From positions 57,662,001-57,726,000 of the forward strand of contig NC_086108.1 of the NCBI RefSeq assembly GCF_963921235.1: a stretch of DNA of 64,000 bases, given 5' to 3'. This document shows, in pieces, positions 13,701 to 25,387 of this stretch (positions are counted from its first letter, which is position 1; every line of letters begins with the position of its first letter). The notes beneath the pieces are model-generated. The model had not been told where the DNA came from, did not search any database, and saw only the letters and a list, made by a program, of their open reading frames with translations. The translations under genes were made by a program, and so were the position numbers. Origin of the DNA: Mobula hypostoma. Its lineage: Eukaryota.

Positions 13701-14086
13701 ATTTCAGATATGCGGATGACACTGTGTTAATTGAAAGTACGGAGGAAGAACTACAAAACTTAATTGACGTAGTTGTTGAAGAAAGTGCAAAAATGGGTCT
13801 ATCTATCAATTGCAAAAAGACAATGTATGGTGATATCCAAAGAGAAGGAGAATCCTATCTGCAGGCTGAGAATAAACAGGGAAGACGTAAAACAAGTACA
13901 GAACTTTTGCTACTTAGGAAGCTGGGTGACATCAGATGGCAGGTGCGACATGGACATCAAAAGAAGAATAGGGATGGCAAAAGACACCTTTACGAGAATG
14001 AAGAGTATACTGACCAACACTAAACTGGGCATGACAATCCGCCTCAGAGCACTGAAATGTTATGGTTATCCAGTTATGTTATATGG

Positions 14087-14860
14087 CAGGGGTCCCCAAC
14101 CTTTTTTGCACCGCAGACTGGTTTAATATGGACAATATTCTTGCAGACCGGCCGACCGGGGGTGGGGGGGGGGGTGGCTGATGTTCAAGTAGGGTTAAAC
14201 TCACCTCAATATGTCTTTTACAGTTAGGGTTGCCAACTTTCTCACTCCCAAATAAGGGACAAAAGTAGCAGTCAAATCCTGGGACACTTTACCATGAAGC
14301 CTTGCGCGGGCACCTGTGTGTGCATGCATGACGTGTGCGTATGTGACGTGTGCATGCGCGTACGTGCCCATTTCGGTTTTGCCGCCTTCTTCCTGACTAT
14401 ACTGTAAATTATTCCTACTTTATATAGGCTGTGTATTTATCATATCATTCCTGCTTTTACTATATGTTAGTGTTATTTATTTTAGGTTTTATGTGTTATT
14501 TGGTATGATTTGTTAGGTTATTTTTTGGGTCTGGGAATGCTCAAAAATTTTTCCCATATAAATTAATGGTAATCGCTTCTTCGCTTTACGCTATTTTGCC
14601 ACAAAAAGTTTCATAGGAACACTCTACTTTAGTGGGGGAAATAAGGGACAAGGGCGGTCCCGTATGGGACAAACCAATTTAGCCCAATATATGGGATGTC
14701 TCAGCAAATACGGGACAGTTGGTAACCCTATGTTCAAGTTCAACAGTGCGTGACAGGGAATGAGGAAAGGTGCAGCTGACTCATATCGTTTCCTCACGGC
14801 CCGGTAGCACCTGCTCTGTGGCCCGGTACCGGTCCGCAGCCCAGAGGTTGGGGACCACTG
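14087..14860 (+). mobile_element. hAT (Charlie-like) non-autonomous element
   Basis: TIRs caggggtccccaacc / ggttggggaccactg; 8-bp TSD ttatatgg (14079-14086, 14861-14868). Confidence 0.92.
14190..14730. mobile_element. Second hAT-type MITE nested in the first
   Basis: Ends tagggtt / aacccta; 8-bp TSD tgttcaag (14182-14189, 14731-14738); internal gggaca repeats. Confidence 0.85.
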
Positions 14861-16139
14861 TTATATGGCTCAGAATGTTGGACAATGTTTAGTAATATGA
14901 GGAAACGAATTGAAGCAGCAGAGATATGGTTTTTGAGGAGGATGTAAAGAATATCATGGATGAAACGAATATCTAACGAGGATGTCATGAACAGAGCAAA
15001 CACAAAAAGAGAAATAATGTATGAGATCATGAAAAGGCAATGTGACTTCATTGGACATGTGATTAGGAAAGAGGAGTTAGAATGCATGGTAATTATGGAA
15101 AAGATTGAAGGGAAGAAAGCAAAAGGAAGACAGACAAATGATGATAGAGACAGCAGCCAGAGAACTGGAAATGAATACCAATGAATTGATCCACTTGACC
15201 CGAAACAGGAGTGTGTGGGCCATGGCAGTCAAAGCTCAAACTGGGCATGGCACCTGATGATGATGACAGGCCCAAAGCCATCAACACTCTTCATATGTCA
15301 AGCCAGTTAATCCTGGAATCATTTTAATGAACCTCCTTTGAAGCCTCTCCAGTTTCAGCACATCCTTTCTAAGATAAGGGGCCCAAAACTGCTCGCAATA
15401 CTCAAAGTGAGGCCTCACTACCAGTGCTTTATAAAGTCTCAACTTTACATCCTTGCTTTTATATTCTAGTCCTCCTGAAATGAATGCTAACATCCCATTC
15501 AGCCTTCCTCACCACAGACTTGACCTGCAAATTAGCCTTTAGGAAATCCTGCACAAGGACTCCCAAGTCCCTTTCCACCTCAGTTTCTTTTTGCATTTTC
15601 TCTCCATTTTAAAAAAATAGTCAATCCTTCAACCGTTTCATTTCTTCTACCAAAGTGCATGACCATACACTTCCTGACACTGTATTCCATCTGCCATTTC
15701 TTTGCACATTCTCCTAATCTGTTTGTCTTTCTGTAGCCTCTTCTTTCTCAAAACTACCTGCCCCTCCATCTATCTTCATATTGTCTGCAAACTTTGCAAC
15801 AAAACCATCAAATCCATCATCCAAATCATTGACATATAACATAACAAGAAACAGTCCCATCTAAGACCCCTGTGGAACACCACTGATCACCAGCAGTCAG
15901 TCAGAAAAGGATCCGTTTATTCACACTGTTTGCCTCCTGTCAATCAGCCACTGCTTTATCCATGCTAGAATCTTTCCTGTAATACCATGTTGTTAAGCAG
16001 CATTATGTGTGGCACCTTGTCAAAGGCCTTCTGAATGTCCAACCAATTCAACTTTAACTGCTTCTCCTTTGTCTACCCTGCTTGTTATTTCTTTAAAGAA
16101 TTCCAACAGATTTGTCAGGCAAGATTTTCCCTTGAGGAA

Positions 16140-16220
16140 GGAGGGGGAACTTCGACTCAGACCATGAGAGGCCTGTGTCAGGCATTTTCATGCCTTACAA
16201 GGCGCAGATCGGAAGTCCTG
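16140..16220. mobile_element. 81-bp insertion in CR1, likely a truncated retroposon 3' end
   Basis: 10-bp TSD ccttgaggaa at 16130-16139 and 16221-16230. Confidence 0.7.
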
Positions 16221-17544
16221 CCTTGAGGAAACTATCCTGAATAAAGCCTATTTTATCATGTGCCTCTAAGTATCCTGAGACTTCATCATTAATAATGGGC
16301 TCCAACCACTTCCCAACCACCATGGTCAGACTAACTGGCCTAGAGTTTCCTTTCTTCTGCCTCTCTCCCTTCTTGAAGAGTGGAGTGACATTTGCAATTT
16401 TTCAGTCCTCTGGAACCATTCCAGAATCTAATGATACTTAAAAGATCATTAAAATGCCTCCATGATCTCTTCTGCCACCTCTTTCAGAACTCTGGGGTGT
16501 ACACCATCTGGTCTTGGTGACTTATCTACCTTCAGACCTTTCATTTTCCCAAGGACCTTCTCTCTAGTTATGGTAACATCACACACTTTATACCCCGCAA
16601 CACAGGGAACCTCCACCATACTGCTATTGTCTTCCACAGTGAAGACTGATGCAGTTCGTCTGCCATTTAGTTGTCTCTCATTACTACAGCAGTCTGATAT
16701 CCACTCTCGTCTCTCTTTTACACTTCATGTATCTGAAGAAACTTTTGGTATCCTCAGATACTTCAGGTATCCTCATCTCTGTGCAAAGGGCTGGCATTAG
16801 CAGTTGAATACACTGATATATGCTGGGTCCTGCTGATCAGCTGGTGACTAGTTTCTCAGTGGAAGACTGCACCTGGTGACCTGCTTAAATTCAGAGTGCA
16901 TTTTAAGGTTAGACAAGCCTGAACAATATTTTTAAAAGAATATCAGGATGAAAATATTTTGGAAATACCCAAGATTAGCCTACATTGATAACACAAAATG
17001 ATTAAAATTGGATTGTTTTTAAGTAAGTGGTACTCACTAGAAAAGTGCCAAGTAATATATCAATAATAAGATGCATTTAGTTTGGCATGAAATTCGTACA
17101 ATTATTGAAGATGCTGAAATAAATGCTTCGGGCAAGAAAATTGCTATTTAAACAAATACTTTGAGCATGAAAAATGCTATTTAACCACCACATGATTTTT
17201 CCTCTGGTTGTATGGCTGATAGTTACAAACTGTGCAAGGGGAAATCTATGGATTGCATTAATTATTAAAATAATTTAAAAATGTATTCCTTGTATGTTTA
17301 CTTCTAAAACTGCGCAGTTTGCCTATACGCTAGTTTCAATAGAACTGGTTGCTCTGTCTCTCCCTTTTACTGTCTGCCCAGAAGGGAAACTCAGCTGAAA
17401 AATAAATTGAAATAGTCTGTTATTTTTGTAGACACTTCTAAAAGCAATATTCCTTGATACTTTTTGCATTGGTGATTCTTATGTATGTTTCACTTGTTGA
17501 AGATTGTAACTTGCAGGAAAGCGAATGATGTCCTTTTCGAGTAA

Positions 17545-17690
17545 TACACAAAATGCTAGGAAGTCAGTGGGTCAGGCAGCACCCATGGAGCGAAATGGAC
17601 AGTCAATGTTTCGGGTCAAGACCCTTCATAAGGACTCCAGCATATTGTGTGTTGCTCCAGATTTCTTGCATCTGCGTTCTCTCTTGTGAT
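17545..17690 (-). mobile_element. Short Penelope-derived element with a degenerate hammerhead motif
   Basis: Minus strand agtc-cttatga-a-gggtcttgaccc-gaaacatt-gact (17601-17636); flanks resemble Penelope termini. Confidence 0.7.
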
Positions 17691-17799
17691 ATTCTTTATG
17701 ATTTGCACTTGGTTACACATGCCTGTGTTTGTCAGCCACTTACCTATTGCATTACCCTTTAGTTTGATGCAAAAACACATCAGATTATCAGATTACTTC

Positions 17800-18400
17800 A
17801 ATGTTCAAAGTACACTTATCATCAAAGTAGGTCCATTAGATACAGCCTTGAGATTAGTCTCCTTACAGGTAGCCACAAAATAAAGACAGCAGGTTGTTCA
17901 TCACTCTCAGACCCGGGCCCTGCTGCTTCGATATGCTCCAGGGCCGAGGAGCCACCATCTCGATTTGGCTCATACCCAACCTTTACAATTCGACCTGGTG
18001 TTTAAATCGCTCAGACCTCGGTTTATTCCTCGAGCTTGGGCCTAAGCCTGGGCCCTGCCACCCTGATTCTGGCTCGCCTCGGTTCTGCTGCTTTGAATTG
18101 CCTCCAAGTCGTCTCCAGCAGCCAAAGATGAGCTCATTCCCCACTCTCAGGCCCGGGCTCCATCGCCTCAAAATTTGGCCCATACACATCTTGCTACAAC
18201 CGTCCTGCACCTTTGAGACTTTAATTCACACTGCAAAAATGCCAGTCGTATAGGCAGTTCAAAAGCTCAGGTCCAAAAGGGAGGTTACAGGCTGTTGATT
18301 GCAGGGATAATTTTTGAGAAAAAGTTTGATTAATAAAGTAATTTTTAGTTTATTTTGCTGCCAGCAAGACGTCGCTGTGCTTCACCTGTGCCATCTTAAA
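17800..18400 (-). mobile_element. Non-autonomous Rex1/Babar-related element
   Basis: Rex1-type 3' end near 17805-17880; aagatggc-like 5' start near 18395 on the minus strand; GC-richer non-coding body. Confidence 0.45.
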
Positions 18401-18462
18401 TTGTAAGTAATTATTTGCTAATTTGTTTTTGAAGCTAGTTTTAGGTGAATTATGAATAATTA

Positions 18463-18770
18463 GTGTTGGCGAGTGGCCAAGTGGTTAAGGCATTCGTCTA
18501 GTGATCTGAAGGTCACTAGTTCGAGCCCTGGCTGAGGCAGCGTGTTGTGTCCTTGAGCAAGGCATTTAACCACACATTGCTCTGCGACGACACCGGTGCC
18601 AAGCTGTATGGGTACTAATGCCCCTCCCTTGGACAACATCGGTGGCGTGGAGATGGAAGACTTGCAGCATGGGCAACTGCTGGTCTTCCATACAACCTTG
18701 CCCAGGCCTGCGCCCTGGAAGCCTTCCAAGGCACAAATCCATGGTCTCACGAGACTAATGGATGCCTATA
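18463..18770 (+). mobile_element. tRNA-derived SINE, full length
   Basis: A-box tggccaagtgg, B-box-like agttcgagccc, CORE-like ccttgagcaaggcatttaacc; TSD tatgaataatta / tatgagtaatta (18451-18462, 18771-18782). Confidence 0.9.
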
Positions 18771-18918
18771 TATGAGTAATTAATTCCTAACTTCAAAATG
18801 AATAGAAGATGCAGGGATGCAAAAGAAGAAAACTTTATACAAATGTTAATCTTAACAATATAGCCAAAGTTTAATTTCTCTTTATGCTTATGATGAAACA
18901 TATTCAAAAGTACAAGAG

Positions 18919-19150
18919 TGTTATATCCTGTAACTCCAAAACATTAAACTAATTGAAAGGGAGGGGAGAGATGCATTCTTAGCTTTTTACTTTAAGCAGG
19001 GCTGTATGTATCATGTGGTGGTATCTTGAAGTATGTAATTTGCATAGTTTTACATATAACCTATGATGAATTACTTATATGAACAAGAATGCTTTATCAA
19101 ACAATGTATTTACAATATTACTCAAATATTACTGTAATATATACACAACA
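18919..19150. mobile_element. Short solo LTR (232 bp)
   Basis: TGTT...AACA termini with a short inverted repeat; flanking aagag / aatag (5-bp TSD, one mismatch). Confidence 0.6.
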
Positions 19151-19439
19151 AATAGCAATGCAACAATTTGTATTAATTATTGTTTGATTATATGAAAAAA
19201 TGAGCATTTCATAATCATTGCTGCTCCAGTTAATTCCAGACTACTTCAGTTTTCTATCATATAAATACCCTGTGTCTTTCATTCCCTGATTTCTTTTCAA
19301 ATTCTTTTTGAGAAGAGTTGGTAAATCCATTGTGGCTTTGTTTCACATCATCAAGCAAGCTTCTGGTAACTCATGCTGGTAACCATCATATATGAATCAA
19401 ATAAGGGCCTGGAAATTCAACAACACAGAAAATGTGCAG

Positions 19440-20565
19440 TACAATTGCAATACCTGCATTAGGCTGCTCTTTGTTGATTACAGATCAACATTCAAACTCA
19501 TCATACCCTCAGTACTAATGAGCTAGCTCCAAAACCTGGGCCTCCGTCCCTCCCTCTGAAAATGGATTCTTAACTTCCTTATCGGGAGACCACTATCAGT
19601 GCGGATCAGAAATAACATCTCCTCCTCGCTGCCAATCAAACCTGGCACGACTCAAGGATGTGTGCTTAGCACCTCTGCTCTATTCTATTTACACCCACAA
19701 CTGTGTTCCTAGGTACAGCTCAAATGCCACCCATAAATTTGCTGATGACACCACTATTGTTGGCAGCATTTTGAATGCACAGGAGAGTTGTTCAATTGGT
19801 TGAGTAATGTCACAACAGCAACCTTGCACTCAAAGTTGGTAAGACCGAGAAATTGATTGTGGATTACAGGAAGGGGAAGTCGAGGGAACACACACCAGTC
19901 TTCATTGAGGAGTCAGGAGTAGAGAAGGTGAATAGTCTTAAGCTTCTGGGTGCCAGCATTTCTGAGGATCTATCCAAGGCCCCAATATATTGATGTAATT
20001 ACAAAGAAGGCATGACTGCAGCTATATTTCATTAGCAGCTTGAGTGGACTTGGTATGACACCAAATACTGGAGCAAATTTCTGCAGGTGTACCGTGGAGA
20101 GCATTCTAATTGGTTGCATCACTCTCTGGTATGGAGGGGTGACTGCCCAGGATCAGAAAAAGCTGAAGAAAATTGTAAACTCAGTCACCTCCATCATGGG
20201 CTCTAGCTTTCCCATCGAGGACACTTTCGAAAAGCGATGTCTCAAAATGGTGGCATCCCACATCACTCAGGGCTAACCCACTTCTCGCTGCTACTATCGG
20301 AGAGGAGCTAAAGAAGCCTGACGACACACACTCAAAGTTTAAGGAACAGCTTCTTCCCCTCTGCCATCACATTTCTGAATGGACAATGATCTCATATACA
20401 GTACTACCTCAATTGATTTTTGTTCTTTTTGCACTATTTAATTAAAAAAATATTTCTTATTCTAATTTATAGTTTATTATTATTATGTGCTGCGATATAC
20501 TGCTGCCGCAAAACAGCAAATTTCATGACATATGCCAATGATTTTAGACCTGATTCTGATTCTGA
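19440..20565 (+). mobile_element. Rex1/Babar LINE 3' half
   Basis: QGCVLS, KFADDTT (about 19735), NFCRCTVESILIGCITLWYG; (tctgat)n tail near 20550. Confidence 0.9.
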
Positions 20566-21596
20566 ATACACAAGAAACATTTGCCAAATTGATCTGGGGC
20601 TGCTTACATCTCAAGAGTTTTGTACACCTGAGTATCATGATTGCAGCATTCAGATAAATCCTATCATGCTGTTTCGCTCAATTGTGAGGAATAACTTCAG
20701 CAGTTCTTTGAGGCTGTTGAAAATAACTGGTGTTCTTGATGTAATCCTTGCATTTTTTTATTAAAGGGGAACTACTTATTTCCTGTGAACACTGCCAGAT
20801 TTGCTGCACAGCTTTATATAATTTTACTAAAGGAGCTGAAAACTAAGTGAGAGACACCCTTTTTCACAGGTAGTGGACTTGAGAGCTTAGTTGAAGAACT
20901 TGGAGAAGGGGGATTTTTCATGTGCAGTGTAGAACTCTCCAGATTGCTATTGAAGCCCAAGTGGAAAAGGGTGGTAAGATACCATTGCAAGAAGTGATGA
21001 GCTAACAATCTGAATGCAGTGCTGGAAAATGACTACACATGTGATTAACATCAGAAAATGTCAATGAATCACACTTGCCACCAACTGTACCACTGTCTTC
21101 AAGGCATACAGCATCCTTTCCTCATGTTCAAATGCATTGGCACACCCTCAAACATTCCTGCAATGTGCATGTACTTATTATGGCTTCTGCACACAGTCAG
21201 GTATTCAGTCATGACAAGATATCATACTGATATACACTCAGTGGCCACTTTATTAGGGTACTTCTATACAACTGCTTGTTAATGCAAATATCTCATTAGC
21301 CAATCATGTGGCAGCAGCTCAATGTATAAAAGCATGCAGATATAGTCAAGATGCTCAGTTGTTGTTTAGTCTAAACATCAGAATGCAGAAGAAACGTGAT
21401 CTAAGTTACTTTGACTGTGGATTTATTGTTGGTGCCAGATGGGGTGGTTTGAGTATCTCAAACTGCTGATCTCCTGGGATCTTCAGACACAGCAGTCTCT
21501 GAAATTTAGAGAATCATGCAAAAAACAAAAAAAAAAAATCCAGTGAATGGCAGTTCTGTGGACAAAAATGCTTTGTTAATGAGAGAGACACATAAA

Positions 21597-22648
21597 CATA
21601 GAAACATAGAAAATAGGTGCAGGAGTAGGCTATTCGGCCCTTCGAGCCTGCACTGCCATTTATTATGATCATGGCTGATCATCCAACTCAGAACCCCGCC
21701 CCAGCCTTCCCTCCATACCCCCTGACCCCCGTAGCCACAAGGGCCATATCTAACTCCCTCTTAAATATAGCCAATGAACTGGCCTCAACTGTTTCCTGTG
21801 GCAGAGAATTCCACAGATTCACCACTCTCTGTGTGAAGAAGTTTTTCCTAATCTCGGTCCTAAAAGGCTTCCCCTCTATCCTCAAACTGTGGCCCCTCGT
21901 TCTGGCCTTCCCCAACATCGGGAACAATCTTCTTGCATCTAGCCTGTCCAATCCCTTTAGGATTTTATACGTTTCAATCAGATCCCCCTTTAATCTTCTA
22001 AATTCCAACGAGTACAAGCCCAGTTCATCCAGTCTTTCTTCATATGAAAGTCCTGCCATCCCAGGAATCAATCTGGTGAACCTTCTTTGTACTCCCTCTA
22101 TGGCAAGGATGTCTTTCCTCAGATTAGGGGACCAAAACTGCACACAATACTCCAGGTGTGGTCTCACCAAGGCCTTGTACAACTGCAGTAGTACCTCCCC
22201 GCTCCTGTACTCGAATCCTCTCGCTATAAATGCCAGCATACCATTCACCTTTTTCACTGCCTTCTGTACCTGCATGCCCACTTTCAATGACTGGTGTATA
22301 ATGACACCCAGGTCTCGTTGCACCTCCCCTTTTCCTAATCGGCCACCATTCAGATAATAATCTGTTTTCCTATTTTTGCCCCCAAAGTGGATAACTTCAC
22401 ATTTATCCACATTTGCATCTGCCATGAATTTGCCCACTCACCCAACCTATCCAAGTCACCCTGCATCCTCTTAGCATCCTCCTCACAGCTAACACTGCCA
22501 CCCAGCTTCGTGTCATCCGCAAACTTGGAGATGCTGCATTTAATTCCCTCATCCAAGTCATTAATATATATTGTAAACAACTGGGGTCCCAGCACTGAGT
22601 CTTGCGGTACTCCACTAGTCACCGCCTGCCATTCTGAAAAGGTCCCGT
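21597..22648 (-). mobile_element. Young 5'-truncated CR1 LINE
   Basis: [21 protein letters not shown]; uninterrupted 249-aa C-terminal ORF 21688-22437; (catagaaa)n tail. Confidence 0.95.
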
Positions 22649-22811
22649 TGCTGGAGGAACTCAGCAAGCCAGGCAGCGTCAGGACCTGCTGAAGGGTCTC
22701 GGCCCGAAACGTTGACTGCACTCTTTTCCATAGGTGCTGCCTGGCCTGCTGAGTTCCTCCAGAATTTTGTGTGTGTTGCTTGGATTTCCTGCATCTGCAG
22801 ATTTTCTCTTG
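22649..22811 (+). mobile_element. Short hairpin-shaped Penelope-derived element enclosing a hammerhead-like motif
   Basis: 27-bp inverted repeat (22651-22677 / 22736-22762, one mismatch) around ctgctga-a-gggtctcggccc-gaaacgtt-gact. Confidence 0.8.
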
Positions 22812-24474
22812 TTTGTTAATGAAAGAGGTCATAGGAGAATAGCCGGACTGGTTCAAGCTGACAGGAAAACAAGTATCTCAAATACTGTGTTCAGAATTGC
22901 ATCTTTGAATGCACAACACATCGAGCCTTGAAATTGGTAGGCTACAGCAGTGGAAGACCACACTGTGTTCCACTCCTGTATCTAATAAAGTGGTCCCTGG
23001 GTGTATTTCAATGTGCTCACTTAAACCTTTTCCCTGTTATTGCTGAAATCAGGGACTGAAAAGATAACAAGTACCAGCTACAAAACAGATGCACCCACAA
23101 GTGCATGATAGGAAGGAAAAGGTTGCAATTAATTTGCAATCTTTTACAAGGGAGCCTCCAAGTTGTATGTTATGCTCATTTGGAAATGAGCATGTGGTTA
23201 CTAGTCACTGGATTACAATTCTAGAGACCCCGATCAATGGCAGATTGGAGTTCCTTCACATGCATTGCAACAAGCTCATCAGTACCTGTTCAAAGGTAGT
23301 TAGTGATGGTCATTTGGTGTTGATCTATCAGCAAAGGTGAAAAAGGCATATGATGGTTAGATATATTTCTTGTTGAGGATTTGGTCGTTATTCTGTACCA
23401 CATTTGGAATGATGATTGGTTTCAGTGTTTTCAGTTATTCTCAACCAAATCCTTTTATCAGGTGGAGTGAAGTAAAATGGTCGAAAATCAACTTCTATAA
23501 TATTGGGGATCTTGGGATGAAGCTGAAATCAATAATCCATTTGGCAGAAGACCTTTACAAATTCTTCAACTAGTCCTGCAAGAAAGTGGAATCTATCAGT
23601 GTGAGTGTCGAGCAGTATGTTTGGGTTGTGTGGCTTTGGTTGAACAATTAGCACGATGAACTAGCATGGCAATTTAGGTGTGAAGCTCACAATGATGTTA
23701 ACTGTGTAAGAATAAAATGAGTATGGATATAAGGTACCAGTTCTGATTGCAGACACAGAGGTCTCCAGATGGAGCAACAAACAATCTGCTGGAGGGGTAG
23801 TGTGGAAGGAATTGTGACATTTTTTTGGGTAGAAAACCTGCATCAAGACTCAAGAAATCTGATAGATTGCTAGAAATTGGTTATAGAGAGCAATGATAGT
23901 TGTGATGTTGAAATGGCCTGTGTTCTGGGAGGTAATGTATTAGTTTGGTAAGTCCTGGTATTCAGTAATAAACATTTATATCCATTAAACTGTTTACAGC
24001 ACTGTCTGCAGGATTTCAAAAATTAATCCTGGGTGAAAAAGTTGATCGTTGCTTCAAAATGGTATATTTACACGAGTGATGTGAAGCCAATGCTTGCTTC
24101 AGTCAGGGTATACATGAAGGAATGAACCTTAAGTGAGCCAAATGAAAAATCTATTGTGTGCTACATTTGTTTGAGAAACTCTCAAAAAGTGAGAAATACA
24201 TACAGACGAACAAGACTCGCAGCGTGGAAGGAGTTTAAAATGAGTTCCATGTAAAACCAACCCAATTAGTCCTCCTACCCTGTTCATACCATAGCCATAC
24301 AAATTCTTTTCTTTTAGATGCTTATCCTGATATTTATCCTTAAATACTGGAACTGAATCAACCTCTTGCTACCATGTGCATTCCAATTTCACTCCCTAAT
24401 TAGTATAATTAAAAAAACTTGTAAATTGCTTTCATTGTAGTTCCTATAGTTTTGACGACTTGTTCAATGAAATC

Positions 24475-24556
24475 CCCCTCTCCCGCTCTCTATCCCGTTC
24501 TCTCTCCCGCTCTCTCTCTGCTCTCCTCTCTCTCTCTCTCTCTCTCTCCCCGCTCT
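24475..24556. repeat. (CT)n-rich microsatellite
   Basis: Directly visible. Confidence 0.95.
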
Positions 24557-25387
24557 ATGACATTAAATATCTTTTCAGACTCCCCTGCAGCTTCTTGTAT
24601 TCCAAGATCTCAACCCTGACTTCAGAAGTCTATCTACATCCCTGGAATTCTGTTTGCAAATCCCTTGTGCACTCAGAATGTTGGTTGTAGTCACAATGCT
24701 CCACGTCAGTGTTCACTCTGATTTCCTTATTCTTGTACTCTGTCTTCAAGATCCAGCAACTACTTATTCTACAAAACCAACATAATGGGTTGTAGAGGAT
24801 GTTTTCTCTAGAGGAATAATCTAGAACAGGATTTACTGTTGGAAAAGAAGAGGCCATCCATTTAAGATTTCTCTCCGGAATATTACAAGCACTCTTCATC
24901 AAAGTGGAAGCAGAGTCTTTGAACACTGGTCAGCTACCATCATTTGATGAATAACATTTTTTGAAAGATCTTGAAATTTCAGCAACCACAGAGCATTGTC
25001 TATTTTAAGTCGGCCAGTGCTGGTTTGAATAATGAAGGTCAAAATCGAATAGTGGTAAATAGAAGTGATCTTCTGCGTCATCATACAGCCAATGTAGCAC
25101 TATTAATGCTAGTTTAAAAAGAATCTAATTGGTGTAATGAGAAGACTGCAATGTATGGGTTGCATTGGCAACTATGCATCACAATTCCTACAACTACTTC
25201 CAACAGCTATTGAAAACAATCTTTGTGTCCTATTTGAAATTCCTGTTACAAAGGTACAAAGAACAGACTTCAGAGGAATTTGTGGATTCACTGTGTATTG
25301 CTTCTGGTGATTACCGTGCTCATTCGAATTTTGGTGGATCAAACAACATTCTCTTGTAGCAAGTTATTGCCTGAGGATGAATAGATA

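Larger units (their letters stand above)
11402..15265 (+). mobile_element. Near full-length RTE-clade LINE (endonuclease plus RT), pseudogenised
   Basis: TWNVRSL, QVYAPT, MGDLNAKVG, SDHNPV, GVRQG, NFRYADDTVL; (TGA)n tail; 9-bp TSD acaggccca (11393-11401, 15266-15274). Confidence 0.95.
10985..16720 (-). mobile_element. CR1 LINE (RT to 3' end) split by an RTE insertion
   Basis: ORFs 11190-11468 (LGLYSLEFRRMRGDLIETY), 15281-15493 and 16449-16637 (KSPRPDGVHPRVLKE) are collinear across the RTE. Confidence 0.9.
21235..23003 (+). mobile_element. Tc1/mariner non-autonomous element, interrupted
   Basis: TIRs cactcagtggccactttattag / ctaataaagtggtccctgggtg, flanked by TA. Confidence 0.85.

Noticed and set aside
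16800..17520. Possible transposase remnant or exon in unique AT-rich DNA
   Set aside because: No convincing motif, open frame or paired splice sites could be read.
18463..18540. tRNA gene (also 37365 and 62352)
   Set aside because: A and B boxes are present but no full cloverleaf was evident; each runs into a SINE body and tail.
21665..22357. 230-aa plus-strand ORF, and similar ones at 52067-52492 and 7643-8134
   Set aside because: Antisense shadows of CR1 coding sequence.
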